DNA of 64,000 bases from Mobula birostris (taxonomy: Eukaryota). Numbering within the stretch: the stretch's first letter is position 1; each line of letters starts with the position of its first letter. The notes below the pieces were generated by a model that was not told the DNA's origin, ran no database searches, and saw only the letters and a list, made by a program, of their open reading frames with translations. Both the position numbers and the translations under genes were made by a program. The stretch spans positions 16,061,764 to 16,125,763 of the forward strand of contig NC_092371.1 of NCBI RefSeq assembly GCF_030028105.1, given 5' to 3'. This document shows positions 1 to 13,354 of this stretch, one piece after another.

Positions 1-2082
1 AACTTCTCACACTTGTCTTCATTAAAATCCGTCCGATATTTTCAACCTGAAACAAATGGATGCAATTGGAATTAATTTAATCTCAATATATTATTTCCAT
101 CCAAGTTCAATTGAGGAAGTTTTTACTATAAGTTTATTATAAAATGGTAGACAAAAATACATAATTTGCCGTTTCTGGAGCAGAAGAAAAATATGGATTG
201 AAATCGACAAAAAGTTGACTGTTGATTCATTTTCATAGATACTGCATCGTCTACTGAGTTCTTCCAGCATTTTGTGTGTGTTCCTCTGGATTTACAGATT
301 CTGCAAAATCTCTTGTGTTTATGCGTGAAATTTGTTAAATTAGTACCCTATCTTTCAGATTATGAAATCTAATCACGTGTTGATTGATCCATTTTTGAAC
401 CATATCACTGTGCTTCATAGATTTTTCCAAAGATTTGAAAGTCTTTAAATATATGCTTTCTTCTGGAGGAACGAGACATTTCTAACGCTGATTACAAGCC
501 GTTTTAGTTACAATCACGTGTCATTCTGAGCGTCTCAGAACAGAAAAAATACATTTTGTCATATAAATTTCTGTCATGTGGTCATTGCATAAAGCCCGTT
601 CTGCATAAAAATGAGTATGCCTCCTTTTGAGAAAAATGACAGAGGTTATCACCCTCATTGTGTTAATACAGTATTAACATTTTCTAATTGCCACAAAACG
701 CTCTGGAGGCCATTCGATATGTAGTATTTAAAGCGGAGGTTGAAGGGTTCCTGATTACTAAGGGCATCAAAGGTTACGGAGAGAGGGCAGGAGAATGGGG
801 TTGGGAGGGGTAATGATTGATTTTATTATGGTTATTGGATATATTGATAGTACCCGCAAGAAAATGAATCTAAGGGTTGTAGATGGCGACATATATCTAC
901 TTTGGTATAAATTTAAGTTTATACATGAGGCATGAATGAATAGTAGAGTAGATCTATGTGCCGAATGGCCGATTTCTGCTCCTATATCCTATCGTCTAAT
1001 GCTGTACTTTCTGAGCAGAAGAGTTACTGTGCTTGCTCCTTTCTCCTATGGTCATAATATGGTTATGATTAGGAATAGTCAGAATGGCTTTGTCAAAGGC
1101 AGGTCGTGCCTTATGTGCCTGATTGAATTTTTTGAGGATGAGACCAAACAAGTTGATGAAGGCAGAGCCGTAGATGTAGTGTATATGGATTTCAGCAAGG
1201 CATTTGTAAGGTACCCCACGCAAGGCTTATTGAGAAAGTAAGGAGGCATGGGATCCAAGGGGACATTGCTTTGTGGATCCAGAACTGGCTTGCCCACAGA
1301 AGGCAAAGAGCGATTGTAGATGGGTCCTATTCTGCATGGAGGTCGGTGACCAATGATGTGCCTCAGTGATCTGTCCTGCGACCGTTACTCTTCCTGATTT
1401 TTACAAATGACCTGACAATAGACAATAGGTGCAGGAGTAGGCCATTCGGCTCTTCGAGCCAGCACCTCCATTCTCTGTGATCATGGCTGATCATCCACAA
1501 TCAGTACCTCGTTCCTGCCTTCTCCCCATATCCCTTGACTCCACTATCTTTAAGAGCTCTATCTAACTCTTTCGTGAAAGCATCCAGAGAATCCACAGTC
1601 TTCTGAGGCAGAGCATTCCGCAGACCCACAACTCTTTGCGTGAAAAAGTTTTTCCTCAACTCCGTTCTAAATGGCCTACCCCTTATTCTTAAACTGTGAC
1701 CTCTGGTTCTGGACTCGCTCATCAGTGGGAACATGCTTCCTGCCTCCAGCATGTCCAATCCCTTAACAATCTTATTTGTTTCTATCAGATCCCCACCCAG
1801 CCTTCTAAATTCCAGAGTATACAAGCCCAGTCGCTCCAATCTTTCAACATATAACAGTCCCGCCATACCGAGAATTAACCTCGTGAACCTACGCTGCACT
1901 CCCTCAATAGCAAGAATGTCCTTCCTCAAATTTGGAGACCAAAACTGCACACAATACTCCAGGTGTGCAGAAGCGCACAACTGCAGAAGGATCTCTTTGC
2001 TCCTATACTCAACTCCCCTTGTTATGAAGGTTAACATGCCATTAAGCTTTCTTCACTGCCTGCTGCACCTGCATGCTTACTT

Positions 2083-3655
2083 TGTCACAATGGCGGGGGC
2101 CTAGGGAGCAAGGGTGGACCCAAATGCAAGACACATCTTGTGAGGTTACATAGATTTAGTTTATTGTTCGATATCAGGAGAACTAGACAGGAGCAGGAGT
2201 AGCGAACCGGACAAGGACTGAGGACTACGACTAGGCTGGGACCAAGGGTCTGGGCTTGGGCTCGGAATTGGCTCCCAGACATGAAGAAGCTAGGGTATGG
2301 ACTCCCAGCCAGAGACTGGGCAAGGACCCAGTACCTGGGTCTTGTCTCGGGCTCGGACCCCAGAACCAGGCAAGGACATGACATGGCCTGGGGAGAGGAG
2401 GAACATGGGAACACAGAGCCTCAGTCTCGGGGAGCAGGTACATGGAACCATGGACACATACACAGAACAGAGTCGGGACCCCTCCTTGGGTACAGGACAT
2501 AGGGCAAGGACTCACACACAGAACAGAGAGCCGGGACCCCTCCTTAGGTACAGGACATAGGGCCGGGACTCATGACCCTCCGCGGGGCAACGGCAAGACG
2601 GCCTGACTTACCCCACGGAGGCGAAGACCAGACAAGACAAGACATGACTCCCCGCGGGGCAACGGCAACACGGCCTGACTTACCCCACGGAGGCGAGGAC
2701 AAGACAAGACAAGACCAGACCAACAAGAATGAACACCAGACAGTACCTATCTAGCTCCAATGATGGAACTAGACCGCAGTGCAGGCGGGGACTGCAGACG
2801 AGGGCTAGAGGCGAGAGGGGCAGAGAAGGGATTCAGACAAGGAAGTAGGACAGGAACCACAGACCGCCACGGCCAGGACTTGACTCAGAACTCGGAAGCC
2901 GCCAGGGAAAGGACTTGACTTGGTGCTTGAAAGCCGCCAGGGCCAGGACTTGGCTTGGCGCTAGAATGCCGCCAGGGACAGGACTTGGCTTGGCGCTAGA
3001 ATGCCGCCAGGGACAGGACTTGGCTTGGCGCTAGAATGCCGCCAGGGACAGGACTTGGCTTGGCGCTAGAATGCCGCCAGGGACAGGACTCGGCTTGGCG
3101 CTAGAATGTCGCCAGGGACAGGACTTGGCTTGGCGCTAGAATGCCGCCAGGGACAGGACTTGGCTTGGCGCTAGAATGCCGCCAGTAACAGGACTTGACT
3201 TGGTGCTAGAATGCCGCCGGAGCCAGGACTTGACTTGGAGCCTCCGGGTAGTGGCGAGCTCTCGACTCGGCCCGGGAACAGTAGACAGCCGTTCTTGATT
3301 CCCTCCGGCGGGTTAACTGACGGACCCACCTCGGTGAGGAAACTTTGCAGCCTCGCTTTGGCGAGGTAATTGGACAGGGTTGCTCCGGTGAGGAAAAGGC
3401 GAATTACCGGCACTCGTTTCGGCAGAGACTAGGCTTGCTCCGGCCAGATGACATCGGCACACCGTACCTGGGATGACTTTGCAGACGCTCCCGCGCCGAA
3501 CGGCTGAAAGCCGGAGACTATAAACTACCGGTTCAGCCGAGCGTTAATTGCCTCTAATCACCAAAGTCGAGAGACACGAGCAAACAGGGAATCAACGGTC
3601 CGGATCGTAACATAAACAAGGTAAATTTAAAGGGACCCCGATCCGGACCATGACA
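2083..3655 (-). mobile_element. Solo-LTR-like insertion (1573 bp) with 5-bp TSD
   Basis: Starts TGTCA and ends TGACA, flanked by TACTT at 2078-2082 and 3656-3660. Interrupts the CR1 RT cleanly. Minus-strand AATAAA near 2160. No coding remnant recognised. Confidence 0.8.
2863..3245. repeat. 35-bp tandem array (~10-11 copies; GCCGCCAGGGACAGGACTTGGCTTGGCGCTAGAAT)
   Basis: Units start at 2898, 2933, 2968 ... 3213 with no spacers. Lies inside the LTR-like element. Confidence 0.95.
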
Positions 3656-6600
3656 TACTTTCAGTGACTGATGAACAAGGACACCTAGATCTCGTTGTAC
3701 TTCCCCTTTTCCGAACTTGACACCATTCAGATAGTAATCTGCCTTCCTGTTCTTGCCACTAAAGTGGATAACCTCACATTGATCCGCATTAAACTGCATC
3801 TGGCATGCATCTGCCCACTCACCCAACCTGTCCAAGTCACCCTGCATTCTCATAGAATCCTCCTCACATTTCACACTGCCACCCAGCTTTGTGTCATCTG
3901 AAAATTTGCTAATGTTACTTTTAATCCCTTCACCTAAATCATTAATGTATATTGTAAATAGCTGCGGTCCCATCACCGAGCCTTGCGGTACCCCACTAGT
4001 CACTGCCTGCCATTCTGAAAGCCTATTAATCCCTACTCTTTGTTTTCTGTCTGTCAACCAACTTTCTATCCATGTCAGTACCCTACCCCCAAAACCATGT
4101 GCTCCAATTTTGCCCACTAATCTCCTATGTGGGACATTATCAAATGCGTTCTGAAAGTCCAGGTACACTACATCCACTGTCTCTCCCTTGTCCATTTTCA
4201 TAGTTGCATCCTCAAAAAATTCGAGAAGATTAGTCAAGCACGATTTCCCCTTCGTAAATCCATGCTGACTCGAACCGATCATGTTACTCCTATCCAGATG
4301 CGCTGCTAGTTCATCTTTCAAAATTCACTCCAGCATCTTCCTCACCACTGATGTCAGGCTAACTGGTCCCTGTTTTCTCTCTCCCTCCTTTCTTAAAAGG
4401 TGGGATAACACTAGCTACCCTTCAATACATAGGAACTAATCCTGAAACTATAGCACATTGGAAAATGATTACCAATGCGTCCACGATTTCTGCAGCCACC
4501 TCCTTAAGTACCCTGGGATGCAGGCCATCAGGCCCTGGGGATTTATCAGCCTTCAGTCCCATCAGTCTATCCAACACTATTTTCTGCCTAATGTAATTTT
4601 CCTTCAGTTCCTCTGTTACCCTAGGTCCTCTGGCCACTATTACATCTGGGAGGTTGTTTGTGTCTTCCCGAGTGAAGACAGATCCAAAGTACCTGTTCAA
4701 CTCGTCTGCCATTTCCTTGTTCCCCATTATAAATTCACCCGTTTCTGTCTTCAAGGGCCCAACTTTGGTCTTAACTAACTTTGTTCTCTTCACATACCTA
4801 AAGAAGCTTTTACTATCCTCCTTTATATTCTTGGTTAGCTTACCTTCGTATCTCATCTTTTCTCCCCGTATTGCCTTTTTAGTTATCTTCTGTTGCTCTT
4901 TAAGAGTTTCCCAATCCTCTGGCTTCCCGCTCATCTTTGCTATGTTATACTTCTTCTGTTTTATTTTTATACTGTTCTTGACTTCCCTTGTCAGCTACGG
5001 TCGTCCCTTACTCCCCTTAGAGTCTTTCTTCCTCTTTGGAATGAACTGATCCTGCACCTCCTGTATTATTCCCAGAAATACCTGGATGAGGAAGTGGAAG
5101 GATGGGTCAGTAAATTTGCTGATGACACAAGGGTTAAGGGTGTTTTGGATAGTATGGAGGGCTGTCAGCGGTTACAGTGGGATATTGATAGGATGCAAAA
5201 CTGGGCTGAGACGTGGCAGATGGAGTTCAGCCAGATATGTGTGAGGTGGTTCATTTTGGTAGGTCAAATATGATGGCAGAATATATTATTAATGGTAAGA
5301 CTCTTGGCAGTGTGGAGGACCAGAGTGATCTTGGTGTCCGAGTCCATAGGACACTCAAAGCTGCTATGGAGGTTAACTCTGTGGTTAAGAAGGCATGCGG
5401 TGCATTGGCCGTCATATAGCGTGGGATTGAATTTAAGAGCCGAGAGTTAATGTTGCAGTTATATAGGACCCTGGTCAGACCCCACTTGGAGTACTGTGCT
5501 CAATTCTGGTCGCTTCACTACAGGAAGGACGTGAAAACCATAGAAGGGGTGCAGAGGAGATTTACAAGGATGTTGCCTGGATTGGGTTGAGTGAATTAGG
5601 CCTTTTCTCCTTGGAATGACGGAGGATGAGAGGTGACCTAATACAGGTGTACAAGATAATGAGAGGCATTGATCGTGTGGATAGTCAGACACTTTTTCCC
5701 AGGGCTGAAATGGCTAGCACCAGAGGGCATGGTTTTAAGATGCTTGGAAGTAGGTACAGAGGAGATGTCAGGGATAAGTTTTTCACGCAGAGTGGTGAGT
5801 GCGTGGAATGGGCTGCCGGCAGCGGCGGTGGAGGCGGAAACGATAGGATCTTTTAGGAGACTCCTGGATAGGTACATGGAGCTTAGAAAAATAGATTGCT
5901 ATGGGTAAGCCTAGGTATTTCTAAGGTAAGGACATGTTCGGCGCAGCTTTGTGAACTGAAGGGCCTGTATTGTGCTGTAGGTTTTCTATGTTTCTATGTC
6001 ACTAGTGCAAGTGCTTGTGATAAATCAAATTGTGTATTTCAGTTAATAGCAATGGCTGTGTTAAGAAGAATGAATCAAATGCATTCCCAAAATATCTTTT
6101 TTTCCCGTTTGCACCTAGTTATTCAATGTTGGCTCATCAGACATAGAACTTTAACAGTCGGTGAAGGAAGCAGTGAGGAGGCAAAGTTTGGCCTTTTGCA
6201 AGGAGGTGAATTACAAAAGTATGGCGCGCTTGCGGCATCACTACTGGCCCGAGATTAGACTGACTGTGTGCTGTAAACAGGTCTGTTTTTTGTATGAAAT
6301 CTTACACTGGCTATGGAGACCGTGCTCTCTGGATGAGAGGGTTCACCCGTGAACAGTGGTTGAGAGGGATGCGCCTCAGTCTCTCAAATGCTTTGAAGGT
6401 TCGGATACTAAATCAACTAACAGAGTGAAACAGATGACTCCTTGCCTCCCTCCCAGCGATCTGCTGATATTTAATCACTAACAAAGTTACAAACGGGGAT
6501 CGATAGGTGCTTGGAAACTGAGAGATTTTGTGATGAAAGAAATGGTGCATTCAGTAAATAGCAATGGCTGTGTTGAGAAGAATGTTTGTATACATTCCAT

Positions 6601-6805
6601 GTCGACATGTTCATATGTCAGCCCATAGTGTGCTCAGTTTAGTTTCCAGGAATGAGAGAGACTGCACGCGCTCGAATCCAACCTGGCTGACCTCCGAATG
6701 TTTTCCTGGGCACGCAGCTCAATCCGACTATTGTGAACTGATCAGAGTTGCGACTGTCAGCACCCATTCATCACTCCCTCTCTTCCTCTCACACACGCAT
6801 GCCCA

Positions 6806-6806
<1 letters not shown>

Positions 6807-6868
<62 letters not shown>

Positions 6869-6870
6869 AC
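6807..6870. repeat. (CA)n microsatellite
   Basis: Seen directly. Shorter homologs at ~20876-20916 and ~42985-43030. Confidence 0.95.
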
Positions 6871-9839
6871 ATACTCTTTTGCTTTTTAGGACTTCTCTGG
6901 AGTTTAGAGATCACCAGTATATTTAATATGACATTTTGAAGAAAACATAGTTTGAAAATATGAGCATTTTAGAGATTAAACTTAAGTCTGAGACTTTGCC
7001 ACTAATTGCATTGTCTCAATGGTAGACACTTTAGACATTTTAAAATCTCCTCCCGGCTCTTTCCCTCCCTCCCAGGGACCCAGTGACCGCACCACCTGCA
7101 CCGCTTAACAAACAAGACAGAAACAGCATCAATTTGTGTAACTGTAGCTAAAGAAAGGCTGTGCAAACACCGCCCCGGTCCCCACGGGGATATGCCGGAG
7201 TCCACATCTGCATCAGTGTCACTCGCAGACACAAGCTGACGGATTCCGTGAACCATCGTCAGCACTGAGTTAATTGGACTGAGACGTGTCTGGGTCTGGT
7301 TTGGGGGAACAGGGAAATGTCCGAGTTAGTCACGAAGTGAGTTATGATCTCAGATCACAGCTCCCCTAAACCCTGTTCGTGTCCCCAAACCAGCTTCACT
7401 CAAAGATATAGGAGGGAAGAGGGACGACATTCGGCCCTCAAACTCGCATACTAGTTCAGACAACATATTTCGGACCCTTGGCTACAACTTCCCCTTTCTA
7501 AACCTTCCCAGTCTCCTCCGATTCCCACTTGGCTCAAATACATACTAGTTATTTTAACTTCAGAATCCTGCCGGTCGGAGTATCGGTTATATAGTGAAAC
7601 CTAGAAAAAAAATCAGCTGCACCCCCCAATGAAAAACAAAAATGTAATGTCTGTCTGAAGTGAGACAACACCCCCTGAAATAAGAATACTACTCCAATGG
7701 CACCCCACACACCGGTGTAGTTGGCCTCCTGTTTGCCAGCTTTATTGATCCCACCAAATATGGAATATTGTAAGCAGTTTTGGGTTCCGTATCTGGCAAG
7801 AATGCGCCTGGGAAGGAAAGGGTTAACGAATGAGATGAGGGGAGTGTCTGATTGGAACTGATCGAATATTGAAAGTATTAGATAAAGTGGATCTGATGAG
7901 GATATCTCCTACAGCGGCCGAGTCCAGGACCAGGGGGCACAATCTCACAATAAAAGCACGTCCCTTTGTAACTGAGATGAGGAGAAATTTCTTTAGACAT
8001 AGGGTAGAGAGTGTTCGAACTTCATTGCCATTGTGACTGCAGAGGGCAAGTCATTGGTATGTTTAAAACAGAGCTTGATAACTTCTTGTTTAGTAAGTGC
8101 GTCAAAGGTTATAAGGAGAAGGCAGGATAACGCAGTTGAGAACGATAATGAATCAGCCAGGAATGAATGGCGGAGTAATGTTGATAGACTGAACAACTTA
8201 ATTTTGATCTTATGTCTTATGGTCTTACAGTATTAGATGGTCTCTCATTTTCACTTGTAAGTTAAACAGGCCTGTGCCCTCTGCCCTTCCTCTTGGGACG
8301 CAGCTCACAGCACAGGCCTCGGTCCCATTCAAGGAAACACACATGAGCTTCAGCACCATGCAGGTCGAGTGGACAGATTTCTAGAAACGTCTCTTTGGGG
8401 CGAGAGATAAAGTGACTGTACGCTGCTAACAGTGAAATTGACTTGGATGAGTGGTTATCCTCATAAAAGAATTTAAATAAACACAAACTATAAGGCTTTA
8501 TGAGGGCACGTTCTAAAATTTCCAATAATAACACTCCAGTCTACCATATTTCACCGAGGCCTCATTACTGAGTTTACTGTTTGCCTCTGGTACGCACGAC
8601 ATGTACTTTGAGTTTTTATTTTATAAACTTGTTTGTGGTAATATTTTGTTTTATCTTTTGTGTTTGACATATGTTTTGTGGGTGTGCAGTGGTTCAGTGG
8701 AACGTTGTTTCCTTTGGCTGGGTAAATATACAGTCAGATGACAGTGAACTTGAGTTTGAAATCAGAACGAACCTACTTACTTCAGCTGGAACTTATCAAA
8801 CATTGACAACGAACGACATAAGGAAGCACTCGATAAGGTTTGTCAGAAACATGGACTGTAAAAAATATGTAAGGAATGAAAGGGGGCCAGATGGTTAAGG
8901 AGGCTGGTTTGATAAACCCAGAGCGCACCGCTTAACATCTCAAATACAATCTCGATTAGTTGAGCAATTAAATCTGAGGATAAAATATTCAAGCTCACTG
9001 GATGCAAAGATCTTTGGCGAGATAGTGGTGGGTTGTGATGTTAGAGAAAGAGGAACCCCTCGTTCTGGAAAGAATTTCTGATGCAGACTGATGATGATGG
9101 AAAGAAATATGGCTCCTCTGCTGTAGGAATGTTGTAGAGCTGAAGTCTGGCGATGGGAAACTAAATCATTAACAACAGAACCGAGGTGACGCTTTACGCA
9201 GGACTTCCCTCCTCTTGTGATAGCAACTGAGTCACAGTGAAATCAGACTGGCCTGTCAAATTATGTTTTAAATATAACTCCTTCCATCTGCAATGACACT
9301 GGTGTGTATCAGGACATAGTCACCATCGTTCAGCCAGTTTTAAAAGATATAAAATGGGACAGGAAAATATTATCTCAACATTTACCACCGACATTACGCA
9401 GAGTAATATAGTGGCAATACAGATAACAATTCTGTTCCAAAGCAGTTTGCATATATCCGGAAAATCTCCGTTAACAGGAGCAAATATTAGGTCAAGGGAC
9501 TAAAATGCGTAGGAACCTTGGAGGAGAGAAGAATCGACAGAAGTTCTATGCACCACAACTAAGGATGGCAGGTCGGCCTTGGAGTGAGAACAATCTGCGG
9601 GTTGACATGCGAAGAGAGGAGAGGACTCGGTAATAGTGGATGTCAGGTTTAGCCATTCGTTATACGGATTCCGGATATTTGAACCACCGGTTAATTGGCG
9701 TAGCCGCTTATTTGGGCCAAAATGTACTGTTCGCGACATGTCCTAATTAACCAGAACCCATGTCTCTGTATTGAGTGGACATAAATAAAACTACGGATTG
9801 CAAATGTTGTATTCTTTGATGAATTAACATACAGATTTC

Positions 9840-10760
9840 AGGTGATGACACAGACATTGGAGGTGATGTGGATAGTGTGGAGTGCAGTCAGAGGTTACAA
9901 CATGACCTCGATAGGATGCAAAACTGGGCTGCGAAGTGGCAGATGAAGTTCAACCCAGATACATGTGAGGTGGTTCATTTTGCTAGGTCAAATATGATGG
10001 CAGAACATAGTATTAATGGTAAGACTCTTGGCAGTGTGGAGGATCAGAGGGATCTTGGGGTCAGAGTCGATGGGACATTCAAAGCTCCTTCTCACGTTGA
10101 GTCTCTGGTTCAGAAGAATAAAACACTGCATGGCTTTAATCACTCGTGCGTTTGAGTTTAACAGCCGATGGGTATTATTACAGCTTTATAGGACCCAGAT
10201 CGGAGCGCACTTGCCATACTGTGCTCAGTTCTGATCACCTCACTACAGGAAGGATGTGGAAACAATATAAAGCGTGCAGAGATGATTTACAAGGATGTTG
10301 CCTGGATTGGGGAGCATGCCTTATGAGAATAGGTTGAGTGAATTCGGCCTTTTCTCCTTGGAGTGACGGAGGATGAAAGATGATCTGATAGGGTCGTAGA
10401 AGATGATGAGAGGCATTGAATGTGTGGATGGTCAGAGGCTTTTTCCCAGGACTGAAATGGCTAACACGAAAGGGCACAGTTTTAAGGTGCTTGGAAGTAG
10501 GTAGAGAGGAGATGTCAGGGGTAAGTGTTTTACGCAGCAGGTGGTGAGTGGGCTGCTAGGTGGTGAATGGGCTGCCTGCGACGGTGCTAGAGGTGGATAT
10601 GATAGGGTCTTTCAGGAGACTACTATATAGGCACATGCAGCTCAGAAAAATAGAGGGCTATGGGAAACCCTAGGTATTTTCTAAAATAAGTACAAGTTCG
10701 GCAAGGCATCGAGGGCCAAAGAGCCTGTATTGTGCTGTAGGTTTTCTGTGTTTCTATGAT
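9840..10760 (+). mobile_element. Degenerate CR1 3' fragment
   Basis: RT C-terminal remnants (DRMQNWAAKWQMKFNPDTCEVVHF) and a TTTCT(A/G)TG tail. Confidence 0.85.
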
Positions 10761-12029
10761 GTGTATTTTATTAGCAGAATTTATTATAAGAAGAGCTTAG
10801 AATTGAATTGAATTGACTTTATTACTTACCTCCTTGATATACAGGAGGAATAAAAATCTTTTGGTTACGAAGACCAGAGGAAAAGTGTTTTAACATTGAC
10901 GGAAGGAGCAGAAACTGCAGCCCAGCAAACAAAAAAAGATTCAATAAACTGGTGAAGGAAAAAAATTCAGAGGAAACGAGCAGGAAGCATTAGAAGAAAT
11001 ACAACAAGTTTACGTAGATAAGTTAAATAAAAAAGGAAAACGGGAGAGAAACGTAGATTGCGTGAAAGCTGGTCCTGAGACCGTAGATTCTAAAGCAAAG
11101 AAATGACGGAGAAATAAACAAGTGATTTGAGTTTGCTTTCATGGAAACACGACAAAGGAAACCGTCCAGAAACATTCATCAGCAGCGCAGTAACGTACTG
11201 GGGTAAAAGCAGAAATGTTGTTTTATAGAATTATCTGGCTCTGAAAAATAATAAATCACTGTGAGCTGATGACGGTCTGCGCACATTTCTGTAAGCGATG
11301 GCACAGTAGGTGCATTTCTGTCCTACAAATTTTACATGTTTCTACGATTAATCTCACCCTTTAAGAGAGGGAGTAGATAGTGGGCGATATAAAGCTGGAG
11401 AGAAAGAGAGAGAAAGAGGGCAGGGAGAGAGAGAGAGAGAGAGAGAAAGGGAGTTTACCTCTGTACCACGGGGGAAATCAATACTGGAGTGCTGACATGG
11501 CAGCTCGGAAAGTGAAATGCAAATAAACAAACGTTGCTCTAGAATTTTCATAGCTAAATTATATCTCATAAACCTGTTTGTTTCTTGATATAGAATATAC
11601 GCAATAAAATGTGTGAACCAGAAGGTATGGTGTATAAACAGATGGATTTGCCGGACTTCAATAAATATGTAACTGAAGAAGGAGTATTGTGGTCTTCCTA
11701 CCGTTATATCAGACGATAAGATGCAGGAACAGATGAGGACAATCAAGTGTCCTCCGTCGTTCCTACATTTCTTTTCTCAGTCACATTCTCCTGCTTTCTT
11801 CCTGTAACCTTGAACGATCAATAATTTTTCAATCTCTGCTTTCAATGCAGCCAAGGATTCAACCTCCCTGTCCTTATATGACTACAACATCCTCATATTC
11901 ACTACCCTCTTGCTGGTTTTGATATATAAATATACACCCATAGTGAATATATATCCAACCGGCAACTCAATCAAATGTCACACATTCGAAGTAAGTGTAC
12001 GTCCATTCAGAACTGCAATGGTCGGAACA

Positions 12030-13250
12030 TAGCATATAGAGAACAAGCTGTTGCCCATGCAGCCGGCTCCCCTTCTCTACGCAGCTTATACAGTCTGACA
12101 CCAGAGGCGTAACAGGAGTTGCCAGTCAGCTTTGAACTCAATATAGGACTGCCTGATGGACTCCAGTTTCAGATATGTATTCTCGGTTTACTTCCGAAGT
12201 CTTCCCCATGAGTGGGTATTGTCGCAAGGCAGTGGAAGTTTGAGTTCAGAGGTTTCCTTCTCGTAGATCAGCTGCCAACCACGGCTAACGAGCCCATTCC
12301 GGCCGAGGCAAATGGGTTTCATGTGCCAGTAAGCCGCCTTTGTCTCTTAATAGTCAATAGTGTAGCATTGGATTAATGGAGTATTGGAATATCCTGTTAA
12401 TAGAAATGGTTACGGCGCGCTTAGCAGTTGAACATCAGGTGAAGTCCAGAATCTAAACTTGGTGGTCAGAGGCTATTTCACACGTACGCCATTAGGACCA
12501 TTTCATATGTAGTGGTAGCTCACCCCCACGACCCAACACTCCCTCCACCTTCCCCAACAGAATATGACAAAAAAGGGCTCGTGTGCTTGCATACGGATCT
12601 CTGGAAGTTAATACGTAGATACAATAAAACATGCAATAGTAAAAAGGTTTACATTAGCATGTGTTCATGTGTACTTGAGCGTTAAACAATGATATTCTCC
12701 TCTTCTTAAGCCCATCACCCCCACTGGGGCAAAGGCTGCCGACAGTAGCACGCCAGAGTCCTGTGTCCTGAGCCGAACGTTGACCCAGTTTCGTCCACTT
12801 TCACCACACAATTGCATACGTCTTCGAGGCCAAAATCCTTCCTCTTCTGTTGGCGTTCCTTTAGCTCTGGGTTTTTATGGGATGGGTTTGCTAGACGCAG
12901 GCCCAACCCTCCTACTTTCGCAGACGGGCTTGCGACTGTCCATGGCGGATGCCTTCATGAAATAGTAAAGGGAGTTAGTATGATCAGAATTGGAATACCG
13001 TGCAAGGGTCAGATCTCTCCGGGAACGATATGTGATATCACTGACGAAAAGAATACGTTAATGGTTAATATACTGGTTCATATGAAAGGAAATTTAGCAG
13101 ACCGGGCCTCCTTATATTTAATGAAAGGCCATCTAACTGAAACAACAGGATGGAAATGATGGAAATACAGTGGTAATAGTTTTCTTGGTCAGGATATCTA
13201 GAATCAAGTGTCAGAGTATCAAAACGCAACTTCTGTCACTCCGGACCGAA
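12030..13250. mobile_element. Old non-LTR-derived repeat remnants (RTE-like?), present in all three duplicons
   Basis: Homologous to 25780-26950 and 48690-49750. Looks like an interspersed repeat with a CTTCTT-type end near 12700. Family assignment is uncertain. Confidence 0.4.
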
Positions 13251-13354
13251 ATCAGAAAGTTTTTTTTTGCGTGTGTGTGTGTGAACTTGATGATCAGTCG
13301 CTAAGTACATTTAAGAAGGAATTTCAGGGATCTTTAGATACAAGTTGGCGCGTG

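Larger units (their letters stand above)
1415..5084 (-). mobile_element. 5'-truncated CR1 LINE inserted into the previous CR1
   Basis: Minus-strand ORFs 4422-4934, 3554-4321 and 1501-2037 are consecutive CR1 ORF2/RT pieces (SQHGFTKGKSCLTNL, GVPQGSVMGP, KFSDDTKL). 3' tail at 1415. CCTG occurs at both junctions. Confidence 0.9.
1055..5998 (+). mobile_element. CR1 LINE 3' half (pieces 1055-1414 and 5085-5998), split by a nested insertion
   Basis: RT remnants (NGFVKGRSCL..LIEFFED...AVDVVYMDFSKAF; KFADDT) and a (TTTCTATG)n tail ending at 5998. The halves rejoin as AATGACCTG|GATGAGG. Confidence 0.85.
500..13343 (+). repeat. Segmental duplication unit, copy 1 (Ig-less, interrupted by nested TEs at 1055-5998)
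   Basis: Collinear blocks match 18810-27075 and 41850-49870 (e.g. 6000-7600 ~ 19370-21660 ~ 42020-43750; 8600-9800 ~ 22300-23400 ~ 44830-46100; 12030-13343 ~ 25780-27075 ~ 48690-49870). Boundaries are approximate. Confidence 0.8.

Noticed and set aside
2863-3245. 35-bp repeat array as a CRISPR array
   Set aside because: Units are head-to-tail with no unique spacers, lie inside an LTR-like element in vertebrate DNA, and there are no cas genes.
6564-6939. His/Thr-repeat and Ser/Leu-repeat ORFs (also 23579-23878, 24410-24821)
   Set aside because: Translations of (CA)n and (GA)n microsatellites.
9233-9239. CACAGTG heptamers (also 22946-22952, and CACTGTG at 22261) as orphan RSS
   Set aside because: No ACAAAAACC-like nonamer at 12 or 23 nt, no adjacent V or J, and the heptamer is not conserved in the third duplicon.
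11517-11524. Perfect octamer ATGCAAAT as an Ig enhancer
   Set aside because: It lies in the Ig-less duplicon, and the homologous sites near the real clusters read ATACAAAT, so it is probably chance.
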